Shown in pieces: positions 20,753-30,331 of a stretch of 64,000 nucleotides of DNA (position 1 is the stretch's first letter; each line of letters starts with the position of its first letter). Source of the DNA: Candidatus Woesebacteria bacterium RIFCSPHIGHO2_01_FULL_39_32 (GTDB taxonomy: Bacteria > Patescibacteriota > Microgenomatia > UBA8517); contig MGGJ01000001.1 in the NCBI GenBank assembly GCA_001792345.1, positions 217,710 to 281,709 of the forward strand, in the 5' to 3' direction. The notes beneath the pieces are model-generated. The model ran no database searches and had not been told where the DNA came from. It saw only the letters and a program-made list of their open reading frames with translations. The translations under genes and the position numbers were made by a program.

Positions 20753-21937
20753 ATGAAAACGGCAATTGTTTATGATCGGGTGAATAAATGGGGAGGGGCA
20801 GAGAGGGTGCTTTTGGCGCTTCATGAACTTTTTCCTGAAGCACCGCTTTACACTTCAGTTTACGACAAGAAGAAAGCACCGTGGGCAAAAGTTTTTCCTA
20901 AAGTTAAAACGACCTTTTTACAAAATTTGCCGATATTGAATAACTATCATGAACTGTTGGGTTGGCTTACACCCATTGCTTATGAAACATTTAATTTTGA
21001 CAAATACGATCTTGTTATATCTGTTACTTCCGAAGCAGCAAAAGGAATTATTACGAAACCGAAAACTTTGCATTTATGTTATTGTTTAACGCCAACCCGA
21101 TATTTGTGGAGTGGATATGAAGAATATTTGAATAATCCACCCAAAAATCTCAGCTGGATACCTTTATATAAAATATTGTCCCAACCCTTTCTTAAGTATA
21201 CAAAAAAATGGGATATGGTTGCAGCTCAGAGACCAGACGTTATGATAGCAATTTCTACAGAAGTTAAAAAGAGAATTAAAAAATATTATAAAAGGGAATC
21301 GGAACTTGTATATCCTCCAATTGAACCCCCAAAATTTAGAAAGAAAAACCAAAAACATAAAAAACCCGATAATGCAGGCTGTTCAATCTCGGAGATTGAT
21401 TACGTTCAAACATCAGGATCTAAAAATCTAATAAAGACCGATTACTATTTGGTTGTTTCGAGGTTGGTACCTTACAAGAGAGTTGATTTAGCGATTGAAT
21501 CTTTCAATAAACTTGGTTTGCCCTTGGTTATTATTGGGACAGGAAGTGAAGAGAAGGGGTTGAAAAGAGTTGCTAAAGAAAATATTCACTTTGAAGGATT
21601 TGTAAAAGAAGAAGATTTAGCAAATTACTATCTGAATGCGAAAGCTCTTATTTACCCCCAAGAAGAAGATTTTGGGATTACTGCAGTTGAATCTCAAGCA
21701 GCAGGAACGCCCGTTATCGCATACAAAAAAGGCGGAGCGCTTGATACTGTTATTGACAGCAAAACAGGGATATTTTTTGAGGAACAAAGAAAAGAAAGTT
21801 TAATTGAAGCGATTCAAAGATTTGAATCGCTGGATTTTTCAAAAGAAGATTTGGTTAAGAATGCAAAAAAATTTTCAAAAGACAGGTTTAAAAAAGAGTT
21901 TGGAAGGTTGGTCGATGAATTATTATTAGCCAAATAA
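20753..21937 (+). CDS. Glycosyltransferase family 1 (GT4)
   Basis: EDFGITAVESQAAGTPVIAYKKGGALDTV motif. Confidence 0.75.
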   Translation: MKTAIVYDRVNKWGGAERVLLALHELFPEAPLYTSVYDKKKAPWAKVFPKVKTTFLQNLPILNNYHELLGWLTPIAYETFNFDKYDLVISVTSEAAKGIITKPKTLHLCYCLTPTRYLWSGYEEYLNNPPKNLSWIPLYKILSQPFLKYTKKWDMVAAQRPDVMIAISTEVKKRIKKYYKRESELVYPPIEPPKFRKKNQKHKKPDNAGCSISEIDYVQTSGSKNLIKTDYYLVVSRLVPYKRVDLAIESFNKLGLPLVIIGTGSEEKGLKRVAKENIHFEGFVKEEDLANYYLNAKALIYPQEEDFGITAVESQAAGTPVIAYKKGGALDTVIDSKTGIFFEEQRKESLIEAIQRFESLDFSKEDLVKNAKKFSKDRFKKEFGRLVDELLLAK

Positions 21938-22014
21938 TAAAAAATTTGCTACAATTTTTCACACTATGGCAAAAGAAAATTTATCCTTTGATCTGCTAGA
22001 TTTTTAATAAATAT

Positions 22015-23073
22015 ATGATTCCAGTTATTATTTGTGGAGGATTTGGTACAAAACTTTGGCCGGTAAGTCGTGAGCATAAACCCAAGCATTTTATTCCTCT
22101 TGTAGGCGATAAGTCGCTATTTCAGTTGAATTATGAAGCTTTAAGATCACACTTCAAACCTGAGGAAATATACGTTTCCACAAATGAAGATCAAGTTGAA
22201 TTGGCTAAGAAACAAGTTGAGGATATATCAGTAGAAAACTATATTTTGGAGCCAGAAATGCGTAACCAAGGTCCTGCAACAGGTTTAATTGCAGCATTTT
22301 TGTATAAGAAGGGTCTTAAAGATGAGCCATTTATGATCGTTCAAGTGGATGATTTGCGAGAACCGGTTGAGAATTTTATTAAAATGATGCTTGATTGCGA
22401 CACTGTTGCCAGGCGAGAAAGTAAATATATTACAGGCGGTATGAGTACAGACTTCCCAGTTATGGGCGTTGATTACCTTATAAAAGGGGAAAAGATTTCC
22501 AATGAAGGTTCGGTTGGGATTTATAAAGTTGAAAAATTTGTATGGAGAAGTACTAAAGAACAAACTGAAGAGCTTATTAAACAAAAGGGTGTTCTAATAC
22601 ACACAAATCATACTTGTATGACTCCTCAAAACATGCTTAATATGCTGCAAAAGTACAAACCTGAGTGGTACGAACCTTTAATGAACTACGTTAATGGATC
22701 TGAATTGAAAAACGAATATGTTAAGATGCCTGCTGGTCCAATTGAAGATGTAACTCAGCAAGTTCACGCCGATGGCGAATCATTAGTAGTAGAACTTCCG
22801 TTTACGTGGTTTGATATAGGCACGTTTGAAACTCTTCATGAATACTTGAAGCAAAAGGGTTTATATAAGATAAGTGATAATATCGTTGATTTAAACGGAA
22901 AAGATAATTTTGTTAAGCTTGATGATGCTAACAAGGTGGTAGCTCTTGTTGGAGTCGATAACTTGATAGTTGTTGATACTGGGGATGCACTGCTTATTTG
23001 TGACAAGAGACGGACTGGTGAGGTTAAAGAGGCATTGAAAGAGGTTCAAAAAAGAAAATTGTCGCTTACGTAA
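22015..23073 (+). CDS. Sugar-1-phosphate nucleotidyltransferase, mannose-1-phosphate guanylyltransferase-like
   Basis: N-terminal IPVIICGGFGTKLWPVSREHKPKHFIPL, matching the G-G-x-G-T-R/K-L-P nucleotidyltransferase motif of ManC/GMP-type enzymes. Confidence 0.65.
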   Translation: MIPVIICGGFGTKLWPVSREHKPKHFIPLVGDKSLFQLNYEALRSHFKPEEIYVSTNEDQVELAKKQVEDISVENYILEPEMRNQGPATGLIAAFLYKKGLKDEPFMIVQVDDLREPVENFIKMMLDCDTVARRESKYITGGMSTDFPVMGVDYLIKGEKISNEGSVGIYKVEKFVWRSTKEQTEELIKQKGVLIHTNHTCMTPQNMLNMLQKYKPEWYEPLMNYVNGSELKNEYVKMPAGPIEDVTQQVHADGESLVVELPFTWFDIGTFETLHEYLKQKGLYKISDNIVDLNGKDNFVKLDDANKVVALVGVDNLIVVDTGDALLICDKRRTGEVKEALKEVQKRKLSLT

Positions 23074-23120
23074 GTTTCTCTTTTTCTGATATCTGAAGTA
23101 TAGTATAATCCTGCCCGGAT

Positions 23121-23759
23121 ATGTATTACGCCAGCACCAAAAGAACAATTGATATAATTGGCTCTATAATTTCGCTTATTCTTTTTTTCCCTCTCCTTCT
23201 TATTACTGCTTTCCTTATTAAAATGACTTCTCCAGGACCCGTATTTGCTGATATTCCCAACCGTGTAGGGAAAGGCGGAAAGCTTTTTAGAATTTATAAA
23301 TTTAGATCAATGATTATGAATGCTCACAAGTTAATGAAAAAAGACCCAGAATTTAAAGATTTGTACGAAGAGTATAAAAGATCAAGCTATAAACTTTACA
23401 AAGACCCTCGTGTTACAAAAGTCGGGAAAATTATTCGTAAATATTCTATCGACGAAATGCCACAGTTTATTAATGTTTTGAGAGGTGAAATGAGCATTGT
23501 TGGCCCTCGAGCCTATTATCCTGACGAACTGGATGATCAACAAAAGAAGTATCCTCATACAAAGGCTTTAGTTAAAGAGGTGCTTGAAGTAAGGCCAGGC
23601 ATTACCGGTTACTGGCAGGTAACGGGGAGAAGTGAAGTGAATTTTGATAAAAGGATTGAAATGGATGCTTATTATGCACGCAAGAAATCCCTTACCTTTG
23701 ACATTTTGATTATACTTAAAACTCCCTGGGCAATGATTTCAGGAAAAGGAGCCGTTTGA
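23121..23759 (+). CDS. Polyprenyl-phosphate sugar-1-phosphate transferase (bacterial sugar transferase family, WbaP/PglC-like initiating enzyme)
   Basis: Single N-terminal re-entrant helix followed by PGPVFADIPNRVGKGGKLFRIYKFRSM and the catalytic DE dyad region (IDEMPQFINVLRGEMSIVGPR). Confidence 0.8.
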   Translation: MYYASTKRTIDIIGSIISLILFFPLLLITAFLIKMTSPGPVFADIPNRVGKGGKLFRIYKFRSMIMNAHKLMKKDPEFKDLYEEYKRSSYKLYKDPRVTKVGKIIRKYSIDEMPQFINVLRGEMSIVGPRAYYPDELDDQQKKYPHTKALVKEVLEVRPGITGYWQVTGRSEVNFDKRIEMDAYYARKKSLTFDILIILKTPWAMISGKGAV

Positions 23760-25756
23760 TGGATGATATAAATATTCCGAGAATTAAACCGTCTGAAGAA
23801 ATAGAGATTAATAATAATCCTGAAGAGGAAGGGGGCTCCATTCAGATTCCAAAGATAAATATAGGAAAGACAAGAGCCTGGAAGATTAAAATTGGCAAAA
23901 GAGGAAAATATGCTCTTTTAGTTTTTGGAGTAATTTTATTTATATATGGGCTTTTGACTTATAGGCTCTATGCGAAGGCAATAAAGGTAAAAGCTTCTTT
24001 AGATGGGATTCGGGAAGCCATAAGTTCTCAGAATTTTGATGCAATTAAAGAAAATTTAGGCAAGACTGAAGATACTTTGTTGGAATTAGGTAGCGCGTAT
24101 AAACCTTTTACCGTTTTTAAGATTATACCTTTTGTGGGAGCATATGTTTCCGATGGTCAACATGGGATTATTGCTGCGAGTTACGGAGTAGAAACTGCTT
24201 CCTTATTGGTTGAAGTGACTGAGCCATACGCTGATATAATTGGTTTTACAAGCGGTTCCAAACAGTCAACTTCAGGTGAGCAAACGGCACAAGAGCGACT
24301 TGATTTTGTAGTAAAGACCATTCCGGATTTGATATCTAAAGCTGATGCACTTACCGAGAAAGTAAAACTTGTCAGAAGCGAGATAGGTACTATCGACCCT
24401 ACTAGATATCCGGTAACTGTCTTCGGAAAACCAGTCAGGGAAAAATTAAGAGGAGGACTCGAACTTGTCGACACTAGCTCGGAACTACTCGAAAACGGAA
24501 AACCTCTCCTGGAAGCTGCACCGTACCTCCTGGGCGTTGATAAGGAAAGAACGTATCTTGTTATTTTCCAGAATGATAAAGAGCTTCGGCCAACTGGTGG
24601 TTTTATAACCGCTTATTCAATTGCAAAAGTCACAAAAGGAAGGTTTGAGCCCGTCAAAAGCGACGATATATATAACTTAGATGATCAATATAAACCGAAA
24701 GTTTCTGCGCCGGAGCCTCTTATTAAATATATAAAGGGTCCCTATACACTTTCTAGAAACTACCGGCTTCGCGATATGAATTGGCTTCCGGATTTTAAAG
24801 CATCTATGGATTTATTCGTAAGGGAAATTGAATCTGTTGGAATTGATGATATTGACGGAATAATTGCAGTCGATACACAAGTACTAGTTAATATTCTTAA
24901 CGCAACAGGTCCTATCCAAGTTCCCGGATTTGGAGAATACAGTACAAAGATAGTTGCCGAGTGTGATTGTCCCCAAGTTATCTATGAGCTTGAAAGTTTC
25001 GCGGACATAGAAGGACCAATTGTTTGGAGCGAAAATGAACCTGGAAAGATCGTTTATGCGCCTCCAAACTACGATAATCGTAAAAAGATAATAGGCCCCC
25101 TAATGAACTCTGTTCTTGCTAATGCTTTAGGACAACCTAAAGAAAAACTCCCCATGCTTTTTGAAGCTATTCTGAAATCTCTAACAGAAAAACACGTTCT
25201 TTTTTACATGCATGACGCCAAATCACAAGACGCTGTTGAGGTTTTCGGGATTGCAGGAACACTTGACGAATATAACGGAGACTATATACATATTAACGAT
25301 GCGAATCTGGGGGGAAGAAAGTCTAATCTTTACGTAATGCAAGAGGTAGTTCAAGAAATTGAAGTTGCAAAGGATGGAACGGCTACCAAAACCGTTACTA
25401 TTACTTATAAAAATCCAAAAGAACATGACGGTTGGCTTAATTCTGTTTTACCCAATTGGGTGAGGATTTACGTTCCCAAAGGTAGCGAACTTATAGAGTT
25501 TAATGGGGTTGAAGAGAAACAAGAAGTCTATGAAGAATTCGGTAAAACTGTTTTTGCAGGTTTTTTTAATCTTCGACCGCAAGGGGTGGCAAAGATAACT
25601 CTGAAATATAAACTTCCTTTCAAAATTGAAAAACATTACAACATCTTTTTGCAAAAACAACCTGGGACAGACTCTCCTTTATATACTGTTCAATTCAAAA
25701 AACAGAAGGAAGAGTTTTTCCTCAAGGTAGATAGGGAAATCAAATTCAAAATTTAA
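23756..25756 (+). CDS. Large exported/membrane-anchored protein of unknown function (possibly DUF4012-like) adjacent to the priming transferase
   Basis: 666 aa with one N-terminal TM helix and no catalytic motifs recognised. The DUF4012 assignment is from memory of the family and unverified. Confidence 0.4.
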   Translation: MMDDINIPRIKPSEEIEINNNPEEEGGSIQIPKINIGKTRAWKIKIGKRGKYALLVFGVILFIYGLLTYRLYAKAIKVKASLDGIREAISSQNFDAIKENLGKTEDTLLELGSAYKPFTVFKIIPFVGAYVSDGQHGIIAASYGVETASLLVEVTEPYADIIGFTSGSKQSTSGEQTAQERLDFVVKTIPDLISKADALTEKVKLVRSEIGTIDPTRYPVTVFGKPVREKLRGGLELVDTSSELLENGKPLLEAAPYLLGVDKERTYLVIFQNDKELRPTGGFITAYSIAKVTKGRFEPVKSDDIYNLDDQYKPKVSAPEPLIKYIKGPYTLSRNYRLRDMNWLPDFKASMDLFVREIESVGIDDIDGIIAVDTQVLVNILNATGPIQVPGFGEYSTKIVAECDCPQVIYELESFADIEGPIVWSENEPGKIVYAPPNYDNRKKIIGPLMNSVLANALGQPKEKLPMLFEAILKSLTEKHVLFYMHDAKSQDAVEVFGIAGTLDEYNGDYIHINDANLGGRKSNLYVMQEVVQEIEVAKDGTATKTVTITYKNPKEHDGWLNSVLPNWVRIYVPKGSELIEFNGVEEKQEVYEEFGKTVFAGFFNLRPQGVAKITLKYKLPFKIEKHYNIFLQKQPGTDSPLYTVQFKKQKEEFFLKVDREIKFKI

Positions 25757-26301
25757 TGCGGCCAAGACGATATTCAACTGAGGCGATTATACTCTCCAGG
25801 AAAAGTTATGGCGAAGCAGATAGAATTTTAACTGTTTATTCAAAACACTACGGAAAGGTACAACTTCTTGCCAAAGGAGTTAGGTATCCCAAAAGTCGTA
25901 AACGAGGACATATTGAAGTGTTTAGTCTAATCCGATTCTCGGCTGCTCATGGGAAACACTTGGATCTTATAACTGAAGCTGAGACGTTGGACTCTTTTGA
26001 GAAAGTCCGAAAAGAGCTCAAAAAAGTTGCCGTTGCTTACCATTTGGTGGACGTAGTGAAAATGACAACTGCCTTTGAAGAAAAAAACGAAAAGTTATTC
26101 GAAATTGCCATGAATTACTTGAATCTGTTAAAAACAGCAACGCAGTTAAGAAAATTAAGACATATGTTTATAAAAGATTGCTTGGTACTTTTGGGTTTTT
26201 GGCCGTTGGGCAAAGACTTAACTGATCCGGACAAAATTTTGGAAAAAATAACAGAAAGAAGAGTATCAAGTATCAGGGTTGGGAAAAAGTTGTTACAATA
26301 G
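25756..26301 (+). CDS. recO: DNA repair protein RecO (short form)
   Basis: N-terminal OB-fold signature AIILSRKSYGEADRILTVYSKHYGKVQLLAKGVR, similar to the RecO N-terminus. Confidence 0.6.
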   Translation: MRPRRYSTEAIILSRKSYGEADRILTVYSKHYGKVQLLAKGVRYPKSRKRGHIEVFSLIRFSAAHGKHLDLITEAETLDSFEKVRKELKKVAVAYHLVDVVKMTTAFEEKNEKLFEIAMNYLNLLKTATQLRKLRHMFIKDCLVLLGFWPLGKDLTDPDKILEKITERRVSSIRVGKKLLQ

Positions 26302-26310
26302 ATCAAAATT

Positions 26311-26670
26311 ATGGCCCGTGCTGTCTTTTTAAATAAAGATGGTTATATAGAACAGATTTATAAAGGTGATCAAGATTATGACACCGTTACCTCAGCTGTT
26401 CACAAGGTAAATAAACTAATTGAAAAACTTCAGAGTGAAGGTAGATCAGTAAAGGTGATCGTCAACCTATCCGAAATTGGGAAAACCGATTCTGGAAGTC
26501 GAGAAGCGGCTGTTTATGCCTTAAAGAGTTGGTATTTTGACAAAACCGCACTTTACGGTGGAAATGTATTCATTAATAATTTGGCGAATTTGATAATTAG
26601 GGCTGCCAGAAAGCAAAAAAAAGTTAAAGTTTTTAACACACGACGCGAGGCATATAAATGGTTAGGCTAA
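26311..26670 (+). CDS. Hypothetical small protein, possibly STAS-like
   Basis: 119 aa; a VKVIVNLSEIGKTDSGS segment weakly resembles anti-sigma antagonist folds. Speculative. Confidence 0.25.
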   Translation: MARAVFLNKDGYIEQIYKGDQDYDTVTSAVHKVNKLIEKLQSEGRSVKVIVNLSEIGKTDSGSREAAVYALKSWYFDKTALYGGNVFINNLANLIIRAARKQKKVKVFNTRREAYKWLG

Positions 26671-28013
26671 GACATAGTAAATCCCCAAAAGGCTCTTTTG
26701 AGGCTGATGCCGATGTTAAAAAGTATGTAGCGCAAAGACTGGATCCTCTGGTTGATGTTCTTTCGTTTGCCTCGATAGGGGATTTTACGAAAAATGTACA
26801 TATTTCAAAAAAAGAGGATGAATTTACTCCGGTTAATGTTGGCGTTCAAGTACTTTTAGACGTCATTCGCGATAAGATAAGGGAGTTAGAAGAAGAAAAA
26901 GGGAGGATTGAGGCCGATAAAAAACAGCTCGGAACTCTTTTGGATAGTCTTCCCGTTGGAGTTTACATTGCAGAAGTACCTTCAGGAAAACCGATTTTGG
27001 TTAATAAGAAGGCAACTGAGCTGGTGGGAAGGTCCTTTGATCCTGAAGCTGGAGTTGATGATTACACAAAAACATACGACCTTTTGACAGAAGAAGGAAA
27101 AAAATATCCCACTAAAGGCCACCCTCTTTACATAACTATAAAAAAAGGTATAGAAGCTAAAAAATCCGATCTGGTCGTACGACGACCCAACAAATCTTTA
27201 ATTACATTGAAAGTACAGAGCGTTCCTGTACATGATAAAGTTGGAAACTTATCTTCCGCAATTGCGGTTTTTGATGATATCACGAAAGAAAGAGAGGTAG
27301 AAAATCTAAAATCCCAATTCGTATCACTTGTATCCCACCAGTTGAGGACACCTCTTTCAAATATGCGCTGGAATATTGAAATGCTTCTAAAAGGCGATTA
27401 TGGAATCTTACCGGAAGAAATTGCGGGTGTACTGAAAGATGTTTACGAAAGTGATAAAAAGCTTATTATACTTGTTAACGACATTTTGAATGTCTCTCAC
27501 ATCGAAGAAGGGAAGGAATTAGAATACGCTGTGGGGGTAAGTCCCAAAAAGATTATACATAAAGTGCTTACAGATATGAAACCCCTTGCAAGAGAAAAGA
27601 TGGTCAAACTTCATTTTAAAACCCAACACAATATTCCTAGGGTTTTTATTGACCCCAAACATTTGTTTCAGATAGTGCAAAACCTTGTTTCAAACGCAAT
27701 TAACTATAATGTGGCAAAAGGAAAAGTGACAGTTCACCTTAGAAAAGGTACAAATAAAATCCTAATTTTGGTTGAAGATACAGGTATAGGCATTCCGGAG
27801 AAGGACAGGGAAAGAATTTTTGATAAATTTTTTAGAACGGAAAATGCTATTAAAAGTCAGATTCAGGGAAGTGGTTTGGGCCTCTACATTGTAAAAACTT
27901 ACGTTAAGAAGTGGGGAGGGAATATTATTTTTACCAGCAAAGAAGGGAAGGGAAGTACCTTCTTTGTAGAACTGCCAATTAAAAACCATATTGATAAAAA
28001 AACGAAGACATGA
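26658..28013 (+). CDS. Cytoplasmic sensor histidine kinase (PAS-HisKA-HATPase_c)
   Basis: H-box SHQLRTPLSNM; N/G boxes LVSNAINYN and EDTGIGIPEKDRERIFDKFFR ... GSGLGL; no TM segments. Confidence 0.8.
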   Translation: MVRLRHSKSPKGSFEADADVKKYVAQRLDPLVDVLSFASIGDFTKNVHISKKEDEFTPVNVGVQVLLDVIRDKIRELEEEKGRIEADKKQLGTLLDSLPVGVYIAEVPSGKPILVNKKATELVGRSFDPEAGVDDYTKTYDLLTEEGKKYPTKGHPLYITIKKGIEAKKSDLVVRRPNKSLITLKVQSVPVHDKVGNLSSAIAVFDDITKEREVENLKSQFVSLVSHQLRTPLSNMRWNIEMLLKGDYGILPEEIAGVLKDVYESDKKLIILVNDILNVSHIEEGKELEYAVGVSPKKIIHKVLTDMKPLAREKMVKLHFKTQHNIPRVFIDPKHLFQIVQNLVSNAINYNVAKGKVTVHLRKGTNKILILVEDTGIGIPEKDRERIFDKFFRTENAIKSQIQGSGLGLYIVKTYVKKWGGNIIFTSKEGKGSTFFVELPIKNHIDKKTKT

Positions 28014-28032
28014 GAGAGTTGAGGTATAGATA

Positions 28033-28407
28033 ATGTCGCAAAAGAAGATTTTAATAGTTGAAGACGACATTCAGACTCAAAGGGTATACCACAATAAACT
28101 AACTTCTGAAGGTTACGCTGTCGTTTTGGCAGCTACCGGCAAAGAAGGAGTTTTTACCGCCAAAAAAATAAGACCCGACCTCGTTATTTTAGATATTATG
28201 CTACCAGGAACCGGAATGAACGGTTTTGATGTATTGGAGAATATGAAGAAAGATCAAGAACTTAAAAATATTCCAGTTTTAGTTTTGACAAACCTTGATA
28301 CTGAAGAAAGAGTCGCTAAAGAGATTGGAGCCAACGAATATCTGGTGAAGGCCAATGTATCGATTGACGAAGTGGCAGAGAGAGTTAATAAACGCCTTCA
28401 AAAATAG
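28033..28407 (+). CDS. Stand-alone response regulator receiver (CheY-like) protein
   Basis: KILIVEDD ... phospho-acceptor D in LVILDIMLPG ... conserved K in NEYLVKA; no output domain. Confidence 0.8.
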   Translation: MSQKKILIVEDDIQTQRVYHNKLTSEGYAVVLAATGKEGVFTAKKIRPDLVILDIMLPGTGMNGFDVLENMKKDQELKNIPVLVLTNLDTEERVAKEIGANEYLVKANVSIDEVAERVNKRLQK

Positions 28408-28412
28408 CTTCG

Positions 28413-29537
28413 GTGATGATACAATTCGGTCTGAATATGAACCCCAAATTTAAATGTCCTCATTGCGGGCAGCTGATTGAGATTTCTGAGGCTCTAAAGC
28501 AGCAGGTTGAAGAGGAAGTAAGAAAAAATTTAGAAGTTAGAATCAAGAAAGAGTTTGAAGAAAAATCTTCTACCGAGATTGAAGATTTGAAAAAACAGCT
28601 TTCTGAGAAAGAAGAAAAGGTTAATGAGCTTCGTGAACAGGAGTTAAAACTTCGTGAGGAGAGAAGGAAACTTGAAAACAGAGAAAAGGATTTAAAACTT
28701 GAACTCCAAAGGCAACTGGATGAGGAACGCCAAAAAATTCAAGAATCGGTATTGAAACAAGCAGTTGAAGAGCATCGCCTCAAAGATATGGAAAAAGAGA
28801 AAAAGATAAATGACTTGCAAGCACAACTTGAGGAGGCACTTCGACGAGCAAAAGTTGGCTCCCAGCAACTTCAAGGTGAAATTCTTGAGCTGGATTTGGA
28901 AGAAACTTTGCGCACTACTTTTCCCAATGATGAAGTTGAACCGGTTGGTAAGGGTGTTAAGGGAGCGGATGTCAGGCAAATTGTAAAAAGTCCTAAGGGA
29001 TTTAACTGTGGAGTGATTTTGTGGGAAACAAAAAGGACCAAAGCTTGGAAAGATGAGTGGGTTACTAAGTTGAAAAGTGATTTAAGAGCGGAAAAATCAA
29101 ACATTGCTGTTATTGTTTCGTCAGTTTTCCCTAAGGGTGTTAAAGATGGTTTTGGATTGTACGAAGGAGTATGGATTGTTTCATATGAACTGATAATTCC
29201 TATGGCGACAATTTTGCGAAAAAATCTACTGGACCTTGGTTTTCAAAAAGCCGTTTCCGCGCACAAAGGAGAAAAAGCGGAGTATCTTTACGAGTATGTA
29301 ACCTCTCACGAGTTCCGCCAACAGCTTGAGGCATTAGTTGAGGTTTACTCCGAGATGCAATTGCAACTTGATAAAGAAAAAGCGGCATATGAGCGAATCT
29401 GGAAATCCCGTGAAGGGCAAATTAAAAGACTGGTTACATCAACTGCTAATGTGGTCGGCAGTATCCAAGGCCGCGTCGGATCTTCTGCGTTACAAATTAA
29501 AGGCCTCGATTTACCAGAGTTGGAAAGTGGAGATTAG
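28413..29537 (+). CDS. Zinc-ribbon plus long coiled-coil protein, DUF2130-like
   Basis: N-terminal FKCPHCGQLIE zinc ribbon, ~150-aa charged heptad coiled coil, then a globular C-terminal domain. The architecture recalls the DUF2130 family. Confidence 0.45.
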   Translation: MMIQFGLNMNPKFKCPHCGQLIEISEALKQQVEEEVRKNLEVRIKKEFEEKSSTEIEDLKKQLSEKEEKVNELREQELKLREERRKLENREKDLKLELQRQLDEERQKIQESVLKQAVEEHRLKDMEKEKKINDLQAQLEEALRRAKVGSQQLQGEILELDLEETLRTTFPNDEVEPVGKGVKGADVRQIVKSPKGFNCGVILWETKRTKAWKDEWVTKLKSDLRAEKSNIAVIVSSVFPKGVKDGFGLYEGVWIVSYELIIPMATILRKNLLDLGFQKAVSAHKGEKAEYLYEYVTSHEFRQQLEALVEVYSEMQLQLDKEKAAYERIWKSREGQIKRLVTSTANVVGSIQGRVGSSALQIKGLDLPELESGD

Positions 29538-29593
29538 TTGTACGTCTTGTGTGCAGGAATGGTCCTTGAAAGTTGCAATATTGCGCTTTCGTA

Positions 29594-30247
29594 TTACTGG
29601 TGGAATGTGTCTATTTTTAATTCGATAGCTTTGGGGAAATCTTCTTTTTCTGTTTTCATCCAGCCTATTACATCTTTTAATAATGGGGAGCTGGGTTTTT
29701 CTGTAATTAAAACCTCTTCAAAAGCTTTAACGTAGGCACGATTAACTTGCGCTGTTATATCTGGATTGTTATCGTTTTCGAGCTGTCCTAAAAAAGCCCC
29801 GAAACCCTCTATTAAAGCCCCAGATGCGGGAGTTCCTATGCTGGGATGACCAGGATCAACCCTTGCCCATTCTGGGTATTCTCTTGTCGCCTTTTCAATT
29901 GTCGAAAAAACAATATTAGCGATTCTCTCAGAAGTATAGAACTGTTTTCTAGCGTCTTTGAGAGTTGGTATTTGTCTACCATTTAAATTTTGCGCAAGTA
30001 GATTAACATCTCTATATTGGGGTGGCAAATTAGATGATTGTTGCATTAACCTATTAAGCCTTCGATTTATGTACTCAAAATCTTCAACCCTTTGGTCTTT
30101 TTCCTGAGTTTCTTTTCCCAACCAACCAAGCGAAGAAAGAAGATCTTTAATTGCCTCTCTCTTATCTGTCTCTCTGTTGCTTAGTGTTAATTTTCTTCTA
30201 AACACTAAGAATAACTCGTCTGCAGCTGATCGGCGATCTTCTGTCAT
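29594..30247 (-). CDS. Hypothetical protein
   Basis: 217-aa ORF convergent with flanking genes; no recognisable motif. Confidence 0.35.
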   Translation of the reverse strand: MTEDRRSAADELFLVFRRKLTLSNRETDKREAIKDLLSSLGWLGKETQEKDQRVEDFEYINRRLNRLMQQSSNLPPQYRDVNLLAQNLNGRQIPTLKDARKQFYTSERIANIVFSTIEKATREYPEWARVDPGHPSIGTPASGALIEGFGAFLGQLENDNNPDITAQVNRAYVKAFEEVLITEKPSSPLLKDVIGWMKTEKEDFPKAIELKIDTFHQ

Positions 30248-30331
30248 ATTGATTGAAATTATAGGAATTAATTAGGTGCAATGCAAATAATTGTGCTGGA
30301 TAAGAGTTAATTAAATAGTTATAATTTAAGC

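Noticed and set aside
29338-29735. Overlapping plus-strand ORFs of 96 and 65 aa after the DUF2130-like gene
   Set aside because: They overlap each other and the 3' end of the minus-strand gene 29594-30247, have no start context or motifs, and are likely spurious.
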